Assembly (NCBI GenBank): GCA_963934015.1
Contig: CAWVWT010000005.1
Location: forward strand, 4,692 to 68,691
Direction of reading: 5' to 3'
From: an uncultured Candidatus Poseidoniales archaeon
GTDB taxonomy: Archaea; Thermoplasmatota; Poseidoniia; Poseidoniales; Thalassarchaeaceae
DNA length: 64,000 bases
Below are positions 56,044 to 64,000 of this stretch, in pieces. The notes beneath the pieces are model-generated. The model made no database searches, was not told the DNA's origin, and saw only the letters and a list, made by a program, of their open reading frames with translations. Numbering within the stretch: the first letter of the stretch is position 1; every line of letters starts with the position of its first letter. The position numbers and the translations under genes are program-made.

Positions 56044-56347
56044 ACCAAATCCGACCTTGACACTATCTGAAGCGTTCCCAGTGAGGTCTAGCGAATGATT
56101 CTACTTCAATCCTTCTATTTGTTACATTTACTTACGTATTTCCACTGGAATATATCATCTCGCCCAATTGGAAGTTGGGATATCCCTACTTACTGTGCGT
56201 TTTTGCGTATGTTTACGTAACTAAATTGAAAATGTCGCCGTTACGGTTATATGAACGACAGCAATCGCTCGTTACAGACGGCATGGGCGCCCACACCGGA
56301 AGCAGAGTGTCGCACGGGAAAATACATTGAAAAAAGGAGGATTAAAC

Positions 56348-56644
56348 ATGAAGACAGTAAGAATTCGAGAAAAAATCAAGGCTTTCCTGGCAGAACGCCC
56401 ACGCAATACAGCAGAAATTCTAGAGCACATCAACAGCACAATGCGACATGGGACAACCAGTCAGCAGCTGGGAAATGTTCTCAGCAAAGACAAGGATATT
56501 GTCAAAGTCGGATACATCAAGCGCTCCGGCATTCTTTCCGGTGGATATGATATCTGTGAATGGGCAACACGCATCTGGGTCTCCGACAACTACCCCGAGT
56601 GGGATGGCGAAGGACCCATCCTCATGGATCGCGACCGACGCTAA
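56348..56644 (+). CDS. small winged-helix protein (98 aa)
   Basis: ATG at 56348 preceded by AAGGAGG. IREKIKAFLAERPRNTAEILEHINSTMRHGTTSQQLGNVLSKDKDIVKVG looks like a wHTH. Confidence 0.55.
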   Translation: MKTVRIREKIKAFLAERPRNTAEILEHINSTMRHGTTSQQLGNVLSKDKDIVKVGYIKRSGILSGGYDICEWATRIWVSDNYPEWDGEGPILMDRDRR

Positions 56645-56913
56645 TCCAGAATACAGCAGTCGAGCACAGGGGTTTAGGCCCCAAAGCGATGTGGCATTTA
56701 CCCTCCTGTTTAGAGCCTTCGAGTTTTTCATGTAGCAAGAAATTCAATCGACATCACTGCTTATGATATTCAAGAAGAATTTGGAATTAATCTAAGCACC
56801 CCAACTTTAGAGAGGCTTGTTGATTCAGGTCAAACCGACCCGAGTACCCAGTGAATCGGTGTTCCACACCCCTTCCCGAGGAGCCCTGAATTATCTTGTT
56901 CACCTAGGTGGAA

Positions 56914-57954
56914 TTAAGATTCAAGACTGGTATCCCAATCTCCACTTCGAGCCAGTGAATTCATCTTGGCGCGATGTGCAAAAGCTGCTTGACTCGCTTC
57001 CGAACCATCGACAGCCCATGCCTTGAGAGCAGCCGCCTGCAGTGCACGCCCGTAGGAATAGGATAGTTCCCAAGGATGTTCGACGTCTATGGAGTTCATC
57101 AGATTGAGGTGTGCAGTAGCATCCTCATCAGATTGCCCACCTGACAAGAATACCACACCACCGACATTATGTGGCACTGATACAGTTAGGCATTCGACTG
57201 TAGAGATTGCGACATCCTCGCGTGTATTTTGTTTGCTACAATCATTTCCAGCGAGGACCATGTTTGGTTTGAGTAATGCACCAGGGTTATGCACACCGCG
57301 TTTTTTACAATCGATGAATGTCTCCCTTAGAATATAGGATGTTACCTCTGTGCATATACTGGAATCATGTGAACCATCCATCAATACTTCAGGTTCGATG
57401 ATTGGAACGAGACCTTGTTCTTGGCAAATCAAAGCATAATCTGCTAGGGCCTTTGCATTCTCCAATATGCAAGTATGCGATGGCATCCCCGTGGATGTAT
57501 TGATTTTGATAACTGCACGCCACTTAGCAAACCTTGCACCCATGGCGAAGTACTCCGCACAACGTGTAGCTAAATCGGCCCAACCATTTTCCGGTTCAGC
57601 ACCAATACCTTTGGTCGTTTTTTCACCAGGGCAACCATCTAAATCGATCGTCCCAGTATCAACCTTAATGCCAGGTATAATTCCACGGGAAGTGAGATAA
57701 TCAGGAATGGGAGTTCCATCATCCATTGTTTGTCGAATTGTTTCATCATAGAGGATTACACCACTGACTGCAGATTCACAGCCAGGTGTTGCAAACAGGT
57801 TGGCACGATATGCACGGCGTGCTTCTTCGCTAGATTCTAAACCAACGCCTTCAAGACGGTTTGACATCGTTCCATTGCTCTCATCCGCTGCAAGGATTCC
57901 CTTACCGGGTGCGACCAATGCTGCGGCTGTGGCTTCAAGAAGGACTCTGTCCAT
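56914..57954 (-). CDS. fba: fructose-bisphosphate aldolase, class I (eukaryote/bacterial glycolytic type)
   Basis: PGKGILAADESNGTMSNRLEGVGL, GVILYDETIRQ, LLKPNMV (Schiff-base Lys region), VVFLSGGQS, SYSYGRALQ. Confidence 0.9.
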   Translation of the reverse strand: MDRVLLEATAAALVAPGKGILAADESNGTMSNRLEGVGLESSEEARRAYRANLFATPGCESAVSGVILYDETIRQTMDDGTPIPDYLTSRGIIPGIKVDTGTIDLDGCPGEKTTKGIGAEPENGWADLATRCAEYFAMGARFAKWRAVIKINTSTGMPSHTCILENAKALADYALICQEQGLVPIIEPEVLMDGSHDSSICTEVTSYILRETFIDCKKRGVHNPGALLKPNMVLAGNDCSKQNTREDVAISTVECLTVSVPHNVGGVVFLSGGQSDEDATAHLNLMNSIDVEHPWELSYSYGRALQAAALKAWAVDGSEASQAAFAHRAKMNSLARSGDWDTSLES

Positions 57955-58066
57955 GAACTCGGGAGGTCACAGACATCCTTCAATCCACCGTCGATGAGAC
58001 ATCGTCATTAATTCAAAATATACAACATTACAATACCATCATAAATCGAACAGTGAAAGTGACTGC

Positions 58067-58675
58067 GTGGCCAAAGTCGGACGCGAGTGCACCTCTTGCG
58101 GTCAAGTCGGACACAATCTGAGAACTTGTCCGATTTTGAATCCAGGATCTGCAATGAGACGGATCTCACGGGAAAGAAACCGGTTCACACGATCCTGCAC
58201 GAATTGTGGTGACAAGAATCACAATACTCGAACTTGTCCACAAATCAACCCCGCTGGTGCTGCACGTAGAGGGAAACGAGAGGCCCCCCCAAGAATAGAT
58301 GGACAGCGTGTTTGCAGTGCCTGTGGAACGGTGGGTCACAATACGCGTACTTGTCCAACTTTGAACCCAGTAAAAGAAATCAAAATACGACGCAAGGGCC
58401 AGCGGCGATGTACGCATTGTAAGGGAAGTGGGCATAATACCCAAACCTGTCCGATTCTACACCCCGGTAGAATTACGAAACGGAAACGTCGGATAGATGG
58501 CAAAAGGATTTGCTCCACCTGTGGTCAAGCAGGCCACAACCTCCGCACATGTCCATCGACCAACCCTGTTGCGGCTGAAAATCGGCATCACAGGGTAGCG
58601 ATGAGAGGGACTCGCTCGTGTAGAATCTGCGGAGATATAGGCCACAACGCCAGAACCTGTCCAGATTCTAATTAG
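58067..58675 (+). CDS. protein with six tandem CCHC zinc knuckles
   Basis: Six copies of C-x2-C-x4-H-x4-C: CTSCGQVGHNLRTC, CTNCGDKNHNTRTC, CSACGTVGHNTRTC, CTHCKGSGHNTQTC, CSTCGQAGHNLRTC, CRICGDIGHNARTC. Most are followed by P-x-(L/I)-N-P and basic linkers. GTG start. Confidence 0.75.
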   Translation: MAKVGRECTSCGQVGHNLRTCPILNPGSAMRRISRERNRFTRSCTNCGDKNHNTRTCPQINPAGAARRGKREAPPRIDGQRVCSACGTVGHNTRTCPTLNPVKEIKIRRKGQRRCTHCKGSGHNTQTCPILHPGRITKRKRRIDGKRICSTCGQAGHNLRTCPSTNPVAAENRHHRVAMRGTRSCRICGDIGHNARTCPDSN

Positions 58676-60018
58676 ATGCGCAGTGAGGATTCAATCCCTC
58701 GTAATGCACTTGGTATATTTGAGGTGACACCTTCAATCATCATCCACCCATGCCCTTTGACACCATCACCAACCAACCGTATGCCCTCAATACCAACATC
58801 ACTTGGAAGTTCAGAGCCTTGTGGGGTGCGATTGCAAGGCCAATTACGATGATACGAATGGACCGCGACTTCTTCGCCATGCTTCTCCAACCATGGCAGA
58901 GCTGAGTGCAACTCTTCACGGCCTCGCTTGATTTCAGCCTTGATATCTGATTTAGGTACATACTGGTGTGTAATCATCATGTGACGACCTTTTGGAGCGA
59001 GTGAAGGATCCGAAAATGTGGGGATGACATATCCTCCAACTCGGCTGAGGCCGGGTAACATCGTAACGCCGCTATCGCGATGAGGAATTTCATTATCCAA
59101 TCCAAATACAAAACCAATACCGCCAGCAGCTTGTGTTTTGTTGATTCGTTCACGGATTTCAGATTCTACATGGAAATTGTCAGACAGTGTGTCGAGTAGA
59201 TTGGGGTGGCCACCATTGTGGATAATCGCATCAGCACCAATCCATGTTGCATCTTCTCGGCCACGGCGGCGGATGCCGACTGCGAAACGGTGACCCTTGG
59301 TTGCCGCTTCCTCATCACCTGGGATAATCTCTGTCACCTCATGGCTGAGTTTGAGGCGACCATCATGTTTCTTGAGGTCCTTGCGAAGAGCATCGATGAC
59401 AGATTTACAACCACCCTTGGGGACGTGTGGTCGATCAGACCAGAAACAGTTCTGAATCATCCGGATGGTTGTCGATGCTGGCATCTGATAGAAACGAACA
59501 CTGGCAGCGAAATTGATGAATGCGTCTAGAAAATCAACAAATGGATCTGAAAACCGCTGCCGCATCCAGGTTTCCCCATCAAGAGTTTCTTCTGGGCCAG
59601 CGGGTTTTTTTGCGCGCGCAAAGAGAAGGCGTGGTAAATTCAATGTGTCCTTAAATGGAAACCATCGCATGATTTCCATCGGTCCGTTTGAACCCTGGTG
59701 TACCCCGTTGATATTACGGCATGCGAATTTCATTGAAGGGAGAAATTCGACACCGTAGCGTCCAAGTTCCAATCCACCCTTGCTCCTCTTACCGAGCATC
59801 ATCTTTGCAAATGGACCTTTCATACCGTGAGGAACCATGTGAACAGCCCCGGTTGGAACCGCGTACCCATCATGATCGTGCTGAGTGAATCGTCCTCCTG
59901 CAAATGACATACGCTCGTAAACCTGAACGTCATAATTCCCAGTATGGGCCAACTTCACTGCTGAAGTCAAGCCACCAATGCCACTGCCGATGACGACTAC
60001 ACGTTTCTTTTCGGACAT
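58672..60018 (-). CDS. FAD-dependent oxidoreductase of the phytoene desaturase (CrtI-like) family
   Basis: KKRVVVIGSGIGGLTSAVKLA...VYERMSFAGGR dinucleotide-binding motif. About 450 aa. ATG at 60018, 10 nt after the ferredoxin stop. Confidence 0.65.
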   Translation of the reverse strand: MSEKKRVVVIGSGIGGLTSAVKLAHTGNYDVQVYERMSFAGGRFTQHDHDGYAVPTGAVHMVPHGMKGPFAKMMLGKRSKGGLELGRYGVEFLPSMKFACRNINGVHQGSNGPMEIMRWFPFKDTLNLPRLLFARAKKPAGPEETLDGETWMRQRFSDPFVDFLDAFINFAASVRFYQMPASTTIRMIQNCFWSDRPHVPKGGCKSVIDALRKDLKKHDGRLKLSHEVTEIIPGDEEAATKGHRFAVGIRRRGREDATWIGADAIIHNGGHPNLLDTLSDNFHVESEIRERINKTQAAGGIGFVFGLDNEIPHRDSGVTMLPGLSRVGGYVIPTFSDPSLAPKGRHMMITHQYVPKSDIKAEIKRGREELHSALPWLEKHGEEVAVHSYHRNWPCNRTPQGSELPSDVGIEGIRLVGDGVKGHGWMMIEGVTSNIPSALRGIESSLRI

Positions 60019-60028
60019 AATACAGCCC

Positions 60029-60289
60029 TCAAGAGTAGACCAATGCACCTGTTGGACACCACATCAAACAGCGAAGACAATCTGTGCAGTTGTCATGAAT
60101 GACTTCACACAACCCTTCCACAATGAGGGCATCATCTTGGCAAGCCATAAGACAGTAAGAACACCCCACACACAAGTCATCGATGACATTCAAAATCGCA
60201 CCATCAAAAATTGGGCGATCATGGGATGGACCTGATTGAAGCGCAGGGACAGGGCCCGGCGTTGCCTTCACCCGGAATGCATCGGCCAT
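60029..60289 (-). CDS. 2x[4Fe-4S] ferredoxin-domain protein
   Basis: CVGCSYCLMAC and CTDCLRCLMWCP cluster motifs. Start uncertain (60289, 60337 or 60418). Confidence 0.7.
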   Translation of the reverse strand: MADAFRVKATPGPVPALQSGPSHDRPIFDGAILNVIDDLCVGCSYCLMACQDDALIVEGLCEVIHDNCTDCLRCLMWCPTGALVYS

Positions 60290-60382
60290 AGTCGGGCCTT
60301 GTGTTGGAGTATTTAGGCGATTGTGCGGAATACTCATGAACACAGTGCGTGAGTCTGGCAAATACAGGCAGCGGGTTGAGCC

Positions 60383-60805
60383 ATGGGGAAGATACTGATT
60401 GAAAATGCGCCGGATCATCTCGAATCCGATACACTTCGGTCAAAGATGGATACGGATGGATGTGGGAGTATCGTCTCCTTCCTCGGATTAACACGCGGAA
60501 TCGATGATGGTGTTGAGGTCCACCGCCTCGAATTCGATGCATGGTCAGAAAAATTGCCCGAAGTTCTACATGGACTTGCATCTCAGGCTATTGAGCAGTT
60601 TGGGGCACACAGTATTGCAATGAGTCACAGAACCGGTGTGGTGTTGCCGGGGGAGAACATTGTGTGCATCCATGTTGCAAGTGCACATCGAAAAGAAGGG
60701 TTTGATGCTTGTTCCTGGCTCATCGACGAACTGAAAACGCAGGCCCCCCTGTGGAAGAAGGAAGTGCGTGCTGATGGTGCGTATTGGAAGGAGGGACTCG
60801 GTTGA
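60383..60805 (+). CDS. moaE: molybdopterin synthase catalytic subunit
   Basis: SHRTGVVLPGENIVCIHVASAHRKEGFDACSWLIDELKTQAPLWKKE. Confidence 0.85.
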   Translation: MGKILIENAPDHLESDTLRSKMDTDGCGSIVSFLGLTRGIDDGVEVHRLEFDAWSEKLPEVLHGLASQAIEQFGAHSIAMSHRTGVVLPGENIVCIHVASAHRKEGFDACSWLIDELKTQAPLWKKEVRADGAYWKEGLG

Positions 60806-61251
60806 CAGATGCGATTGTACCAGTGGGGCATAAACCGATTGTTGCACGCTCTGCCGTAGCGACTGGGGTCCTCGAACTATCTTCTGATTCTGCAGATGCG
60901 ATTCGCAACGGCTTGGTCGCCAAAGGAGATGTTCTGGAAGCGAGTATGGTTGCTGCGATTCAAGCCGTCAAAGAAACTCCGAGGGCCATACCCCATTGCC
61001 ACATCATCCCAATCGAAGGCTGTTCAGTGACATGGGATTGGGAGAACAATGGCCTGCGCTGTACCGTCAGAGTCAGTGCACATTGGAAAACAGGTGTGGA
61101 GATGGAGGCGCTTTGTGGTGTGTCCACTGGTTTGCTGTGTGCATGGGATATGGTCAAGTCTCTAGAAAAAGATTCCAAAGGACAATACCCAAACACGAAA
61201 ATTAGTGATATTCGCGTCTTGGAAAAGCGTAAGGACGAGGCGCAGGATTGA
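60802..61251 (+). CDS. moaC: cyclic pyranopterin monophosphate synthase accessory protein
   Basis: GDVLEASMVAAIQAVKETPRAIPHCH and TGVEMEALCGVSTGLLCAWDMVKS. TTG at 60802 overlaps the moaE stop (TTGA) and is preceded by GGAGGG. The track start is 60784. Confidence 0.85.
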   Translation: MTDAIVPVGHKPIVARSAVATGVLELSSDSADAIRNGLVAKGDVLEASMVAAIQAVKETPRAIPHCHIIPIEGCSVTWDWENNGLRCTVRVSAHWKTGVEMEALCGVSTGLLCAWDMVKSLEKDSKGQYPNTKISDIRVLEKRKDEAQD

Positions 61252-61276
61252 GAACCCCCTCGCTCTCGCGTACAAC

Positions 61277-62233
61277 ATGACGAGTACGTCTGACCTTGCA
61301 GACCACTTCCTCCAAGCGTGTGAAGATGCGGCGATTGCTGCAGCAAAGTGGCGAGGGAAAGGAGAACGGAAAAAAGCCGATGGGGCTGCTGTGGAAGCAA
61401 TGCGTGCTGTATTCGATTCAGTTCCATTTGATGGCCGAGTCGCCATTGGTGAAGGCGAGCGGGACGATGCACCAATGTTGTACATCGGAGAACCCCTTGG
61501 ATGCCTACAAGGTGTAGCAGGCGCTCCACAAATCGATATTGCAGTCGATCCGTTGGAATGTACAAACAACTGTGCAACCGATTCACCCAATGCAATCGCA
61601 GTACTCGCAGCAGCTCCGCGTGGAGCCCTACTGCATGCACCTGACTGCTATATGGATAAAATTGCAGGAGGGCCTGAATTGAATGGTATTCTAAGTCTTG
61701 AAGCCTCAACAGACTGGAATATTGAGGCGGCGTGTTCGGCTCTAGATCGGAAACCTTCCGAACTCAAAGTCGTCGTCATGGACCGCCCTCGGCATGAACA
61801 ACTCATCAAAGAATTACGGGCATTGGATGTAAGCGTTCCACTGATTGGAGATGGCGACATCTCTGCAGCACTCGATGCAGCTGATCCCAACTCAGATGTG
61901 GACATGTTGATGGGGATTGGGGCGGCCCCTGAAGGTGTCATCACTGCAACTGCACTGCGTGGCTTGGGTGGACACTTCGAAGGACAATTGGTGACAACAA
62001 ACGAAGATCACACAAGACGTGCAGCAGAGATGGTTGGGGACGATGTAGACCGCATTTGGGGACGTGATGAACTATGTACTTCGGATGATGCTATTTTTGT
62101 TGCTTCAGGGGTTTGTTCTGGATATCTTCCTGGCGTTGAATTCCTAGGACAAAATCGTGTTGCTGTGCATTCGGAAATTCTGCACGTTGCAGATGGCCGT
62201 AGGCAATTCGTATCCTCTGAGAAGCGCCTGTGA
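61277..62233 (+). CDS. glpX: fructose-1,6-bisphosphatase class II
   Basis: ADGAAVEAMR, GEGERDDAPMLYIGE, DIAVDPLECT, GIGAAPEGV. ATG at 61277 (MTSTSDLADH). Confidence 0.9.
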   Translation: MTSTSDLADHFLQACEDAAIAAAKWRGKGERKKADGAAVEAMRAVFDSVPFDGRVAIGEGERDDAPMLYIGEPLGCLQGVAGAPQIDIAVDPLECTNNCATDSPNAIAVLAAAPRGALLHAPDCYMDKIAGGPELNGILSLEASTDWNIEAACSALDRKPSELKVVVMDRPRHEQLIKELRALDVSVPLIGDGDISAALDAADPNSDVDMLMGIGAAPEGVITATALRGLGGHFEGQLVTTNEDHTRRAAEMVGDDVDRIWGRDELCTSDDAIFVASGVCSGYLPGVEFLGQNRVAVHSEILHVADGRRQFVSSEKRL

Positions 62234-62289
62234 TTCGATAAGCCGCCTATGGCGGCGATTTGATATGCCTGCAATGATTCGGCGATGCT

Positions 62290-63150
62290 ATGTCTAATTG
62301 GCCCGCAATGGAAGCCATGCCTAACAACCTCGTGAATTACGGTGTCACCGATAATGGAATTGCGGTTATTGAACTGATTTCAGATTCTGATGGGAAACCA
62401 CTCACAGAAGGAAAAACATCAGTCAATACCTATACCAGAGAAATGTGGCAAGATATTGACCAAGCTATTCTCAACGCTCGTTTTGATGGCGAGGTGACTG
62501 TGATACTAATGACTGGTCATGGTGACAAATTCTTCTCTGCTGGTGCGAGTATCAACTACCTCAACAGTTTGACCCCTCGCTACAAGTACTTCTTCTGCTT
62601 ACATGCAAATGAAACTCTTTCGCGCCTTGAACAAACCCCCAAACTGGTAATTGCAGCCCTCAATGGCCATACTGTTGGTGGTGGCCTTGAGATTGCAATG
62701 GCTGCAGATATTCGTATCGCTCGAAAAGACAACGGACAAGTCGGTTTGCCCGAAGTCTCTCTTGGTGTGCTAGCCGGAACAGGAGGGACGGCACGTCTAT
62801 CCCGTTTGGTTGGTAAGGCTAGAGCGATGGAAATCATGGTCACAGGCCGTAAATTCTCATTTGAAGAGGCCCATGAAATGGATTTAATCCATGATATTTA
62901 CGATAGCATGAATCTAGATGAATTCAGACAAGATGTCCTAGATTATGCCGGTCAATTCACACTACCTCTGGCGGCAGCCAAGGCGATTGGAAATATCAAG
63001 CGCAGTGTTCAGAGTGGAATCGAGATTCCTCTAGAATATCACCTCGCATTAGAGCGTGAATTACAGTCGGATCTTTTCCAATCTGATGATGCAAAGGAAG
63101 GGATCGCATCCTATGTCGAGCGGAGAACACCTCGCTTCTCGGGAAAGTGA
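62290..63150 (+). CDS. enoyl-CoA hydratase/isomerase (crotonase) family protein
   Basis: FFSAGASINY, NGHTVGGGLEIAMAADIRIA, the ...GLPEVSLGV oxyanion-hole pattern, and the C-terminal EGIASYVERRTPRF. Confidence 0.85.
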   Translation: MSNWPAMEAMPNNLVNYGVTDNGIAVIELISDSDGKPLTEGKTSVNTYTREMWQDIDQAILNARFDGEVTVILMTGHGDKFFSAGASINYLNSLTPRYKYFFCLHANETLSRLEQTPKLVIAALNGHTVGGGLEIAMAADIRIARKDNGQVGLPEVSLGVLAGTGGTARLSRLVGKARAMEIMVTGRKFSFEEAHEMDLIHDIYDSMNLDEFRQDVLDYAGQFTLPLAAAKAIGNIKRSVQSGIEIPLEYHLALERELQSDLFQSDDAKEGIASYVERRTPRFSGK

Positions 63151-63196
63151 AAGGAAATAACACCATTTCAAATATGACTGTCCCTACGGGACAGAT

Positions 63197-64000
63197 ATGA
63201 GCACAACAGAAACCGTGGAGACGTACACTCCGAACTTTGAAGCGTGGATTTCAGAGTTTCAAGAATGGCAAACTCGTATCGGTTTTGACCCGAGTTGGCT
63301 GGGTGATTATACGTTCGACATCAAATTTGATTGGGATACAGCTGGAGACACCATTGAATTCGGTGACTTCAAGGGTATGCCGAAATGGGATCGAAGGATG
63401 CAGGTCCCTCAACAAAACATTCGAGATGCTATCGTTTCGATGGTCACCGTACAAGGGGACACCGAATTTGCGAGTGTTGAACAGCAACACCACCTTCTAG
63501 AATCTGCACCGACAGAGTATGACCGGAAATCAGCACTCCGAATCATGTGTGAAGAACAGCGACATGGTTGGCAAATGGCCTACGTCCTCTGCACATTCTT
63601 TGGTGAACAGGGAGTCCGTGAAGCGATGAAATTACTTGAGCGAAATTCATTGGGGAACCCGATTCGTGGCGAGGAAGATCGTAGTCGAATCCTTGGTTCG
63701 TTCAACGAACCGATTGATCATTGGCTAGATTTCTTCTGCTTCACTCATTTCATCGACCGTGATGGGAAATTCCAATTGAAGATGCTCAGCACTTCTTCAT
63801 TCAAACCATTGGCTGCAAGTATGGGTCCCATGCTCAAGGAAGAATCATTCCACCTAGGAACCGGAGCGAATGGTCTACGACGTGTCGTCAAGCAAGGTAC
63901 CATACCAATGGCTTTCCTTCAGAAATACATCAACAAGTGGGTCAGTACAGGGTTGGATCTATTTGGTACAGATGAAAGTACCTCGGCACAGTGGGCGTAT
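63197..64000 (+). CDS. boxB: benzoyl-CoA oxygenase component B-like diiron oxygenase (BoxB family); 3' end cut by the window edge
   Basis: Not in the ORF track because it is open at the window end. My own translation from the ATG at 63197 gives MSTTETVETYTPNFEAW...VTVQGDTEFASVEQQHHL...CEEQRHGW...FNEPIDHWLDFFCFTHFIDRDGKFQLKML...KEESFHLG. This matches remembered BoxB motifs (QGDTEPASVEQQRHL, EEGRH, DRDGKFQL, EExH). Confidence 0.7.
   Translation, partial: MSTTETVETYTPNFEAWISEFQEWQTRIGFDPSWLGDYTFDIKFDWDTAGDTIEFGDFKGMPKWDRRMQVPQQNIRDAIVSMVTVQGDTEFASVEQQHHLLESAPTEYDRKSALRIMCEEQRHGWQMAYVLCTFFGEQGVREAMKLLERNSLGNPIRGEEDRSRILGSFNEPIDHWLDFFCFTHFIDRDGKFQLKMLSTSSFKPLAASMGPMLKEESFHLGTGANGLRRVVKQGTIPMAFLQKYINKWVSTGLDLFGTDESTSAQWAY

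Noticed and set aside
56700-56780. GCTTA...TAAGC inverted repeat with ATGATAT, considered as a box C/D sRNA
   Set aside because: The C box is imperfect, there is no CTGA D box, and the element is only about 39 nt long.
60960-61709. 249-aa ORF on the minus strand
   Set aside because: It lies entirely antisense to the well-supported moaC and glpX genes. The translation is Leu/His/Gln/Arg-rich with no motif, which is typical of a shadow ORF.
1-64000. CRISPR arrays, cas genes, transposases, integrases, prophage modules, toxin-antitoxin or known defence-system signatures
   Set aside because: I looked for spaced short direct repeats, DDE/serine/tyrosine recombinase-like ORFs and nuclease/ATPase defence architectures. 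None was found. The only exact long repeat is the intragenic ACP duplication.

Overview
This is a densely packed 64-kb chromosomal segment with about 50 genes, many of them translationally coupled. The host is an archaeon: Nop56/58, fibrillarin, TFS, PCNA, Orc1/Cdc6 and a TBP-fold protein are all present. Composition and the many bacterial- or eukaryote-type metabolic and repair genes suggest an uncultured marine euryarchaeote of the Thermoplasmatota/Poseidoniales type, but that is inference only. I saw no rRNA, CRISPR array, transposase or integrase, and found one tRNA, Gly(UCC). The standout is a tight minus-strand operon at about 21.7-33.9 kb. It encodes a 2761-aa PUFA-synthase / type I PKS-like megasynthase (KS-AT-KS-ACP-ACP-KR-DH), a trans enoyl reductase (FabI) and an Sfp-type phosphopantetheinyl transferase. 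This is ACP-dependent acyl-chain assembly machinery that archaea are generally thought to lack. Its two carrier domains are a perfect 207-bp DNA duplication, and both carry Thr where the phosphopantetheinyl Ser should be. Other notable items: (1) an Lgt-like / Tes-like radical SAM / acidic membrane protein operon flanked by two MIP channels, one lacking both NPA motifs; (2) a six-fold CCHC zinc-knuckle protein; (3) a 358-nt GC-rich structured non-coding spacer that I could not classify; (4) a candidate replication origin upstream of orc1/cdc6; (5) a 1961-aa surface protein; (6) a PPAT-DPCK fusion; (7) SMUG1 and Fpg repair genes; (8) class I FBA plus GlpX; (9) a BoxB-type diiron oxygenase at the 3' window edge. 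All calls come from reading motifs in the supplied translations and DNA. No database search was run.
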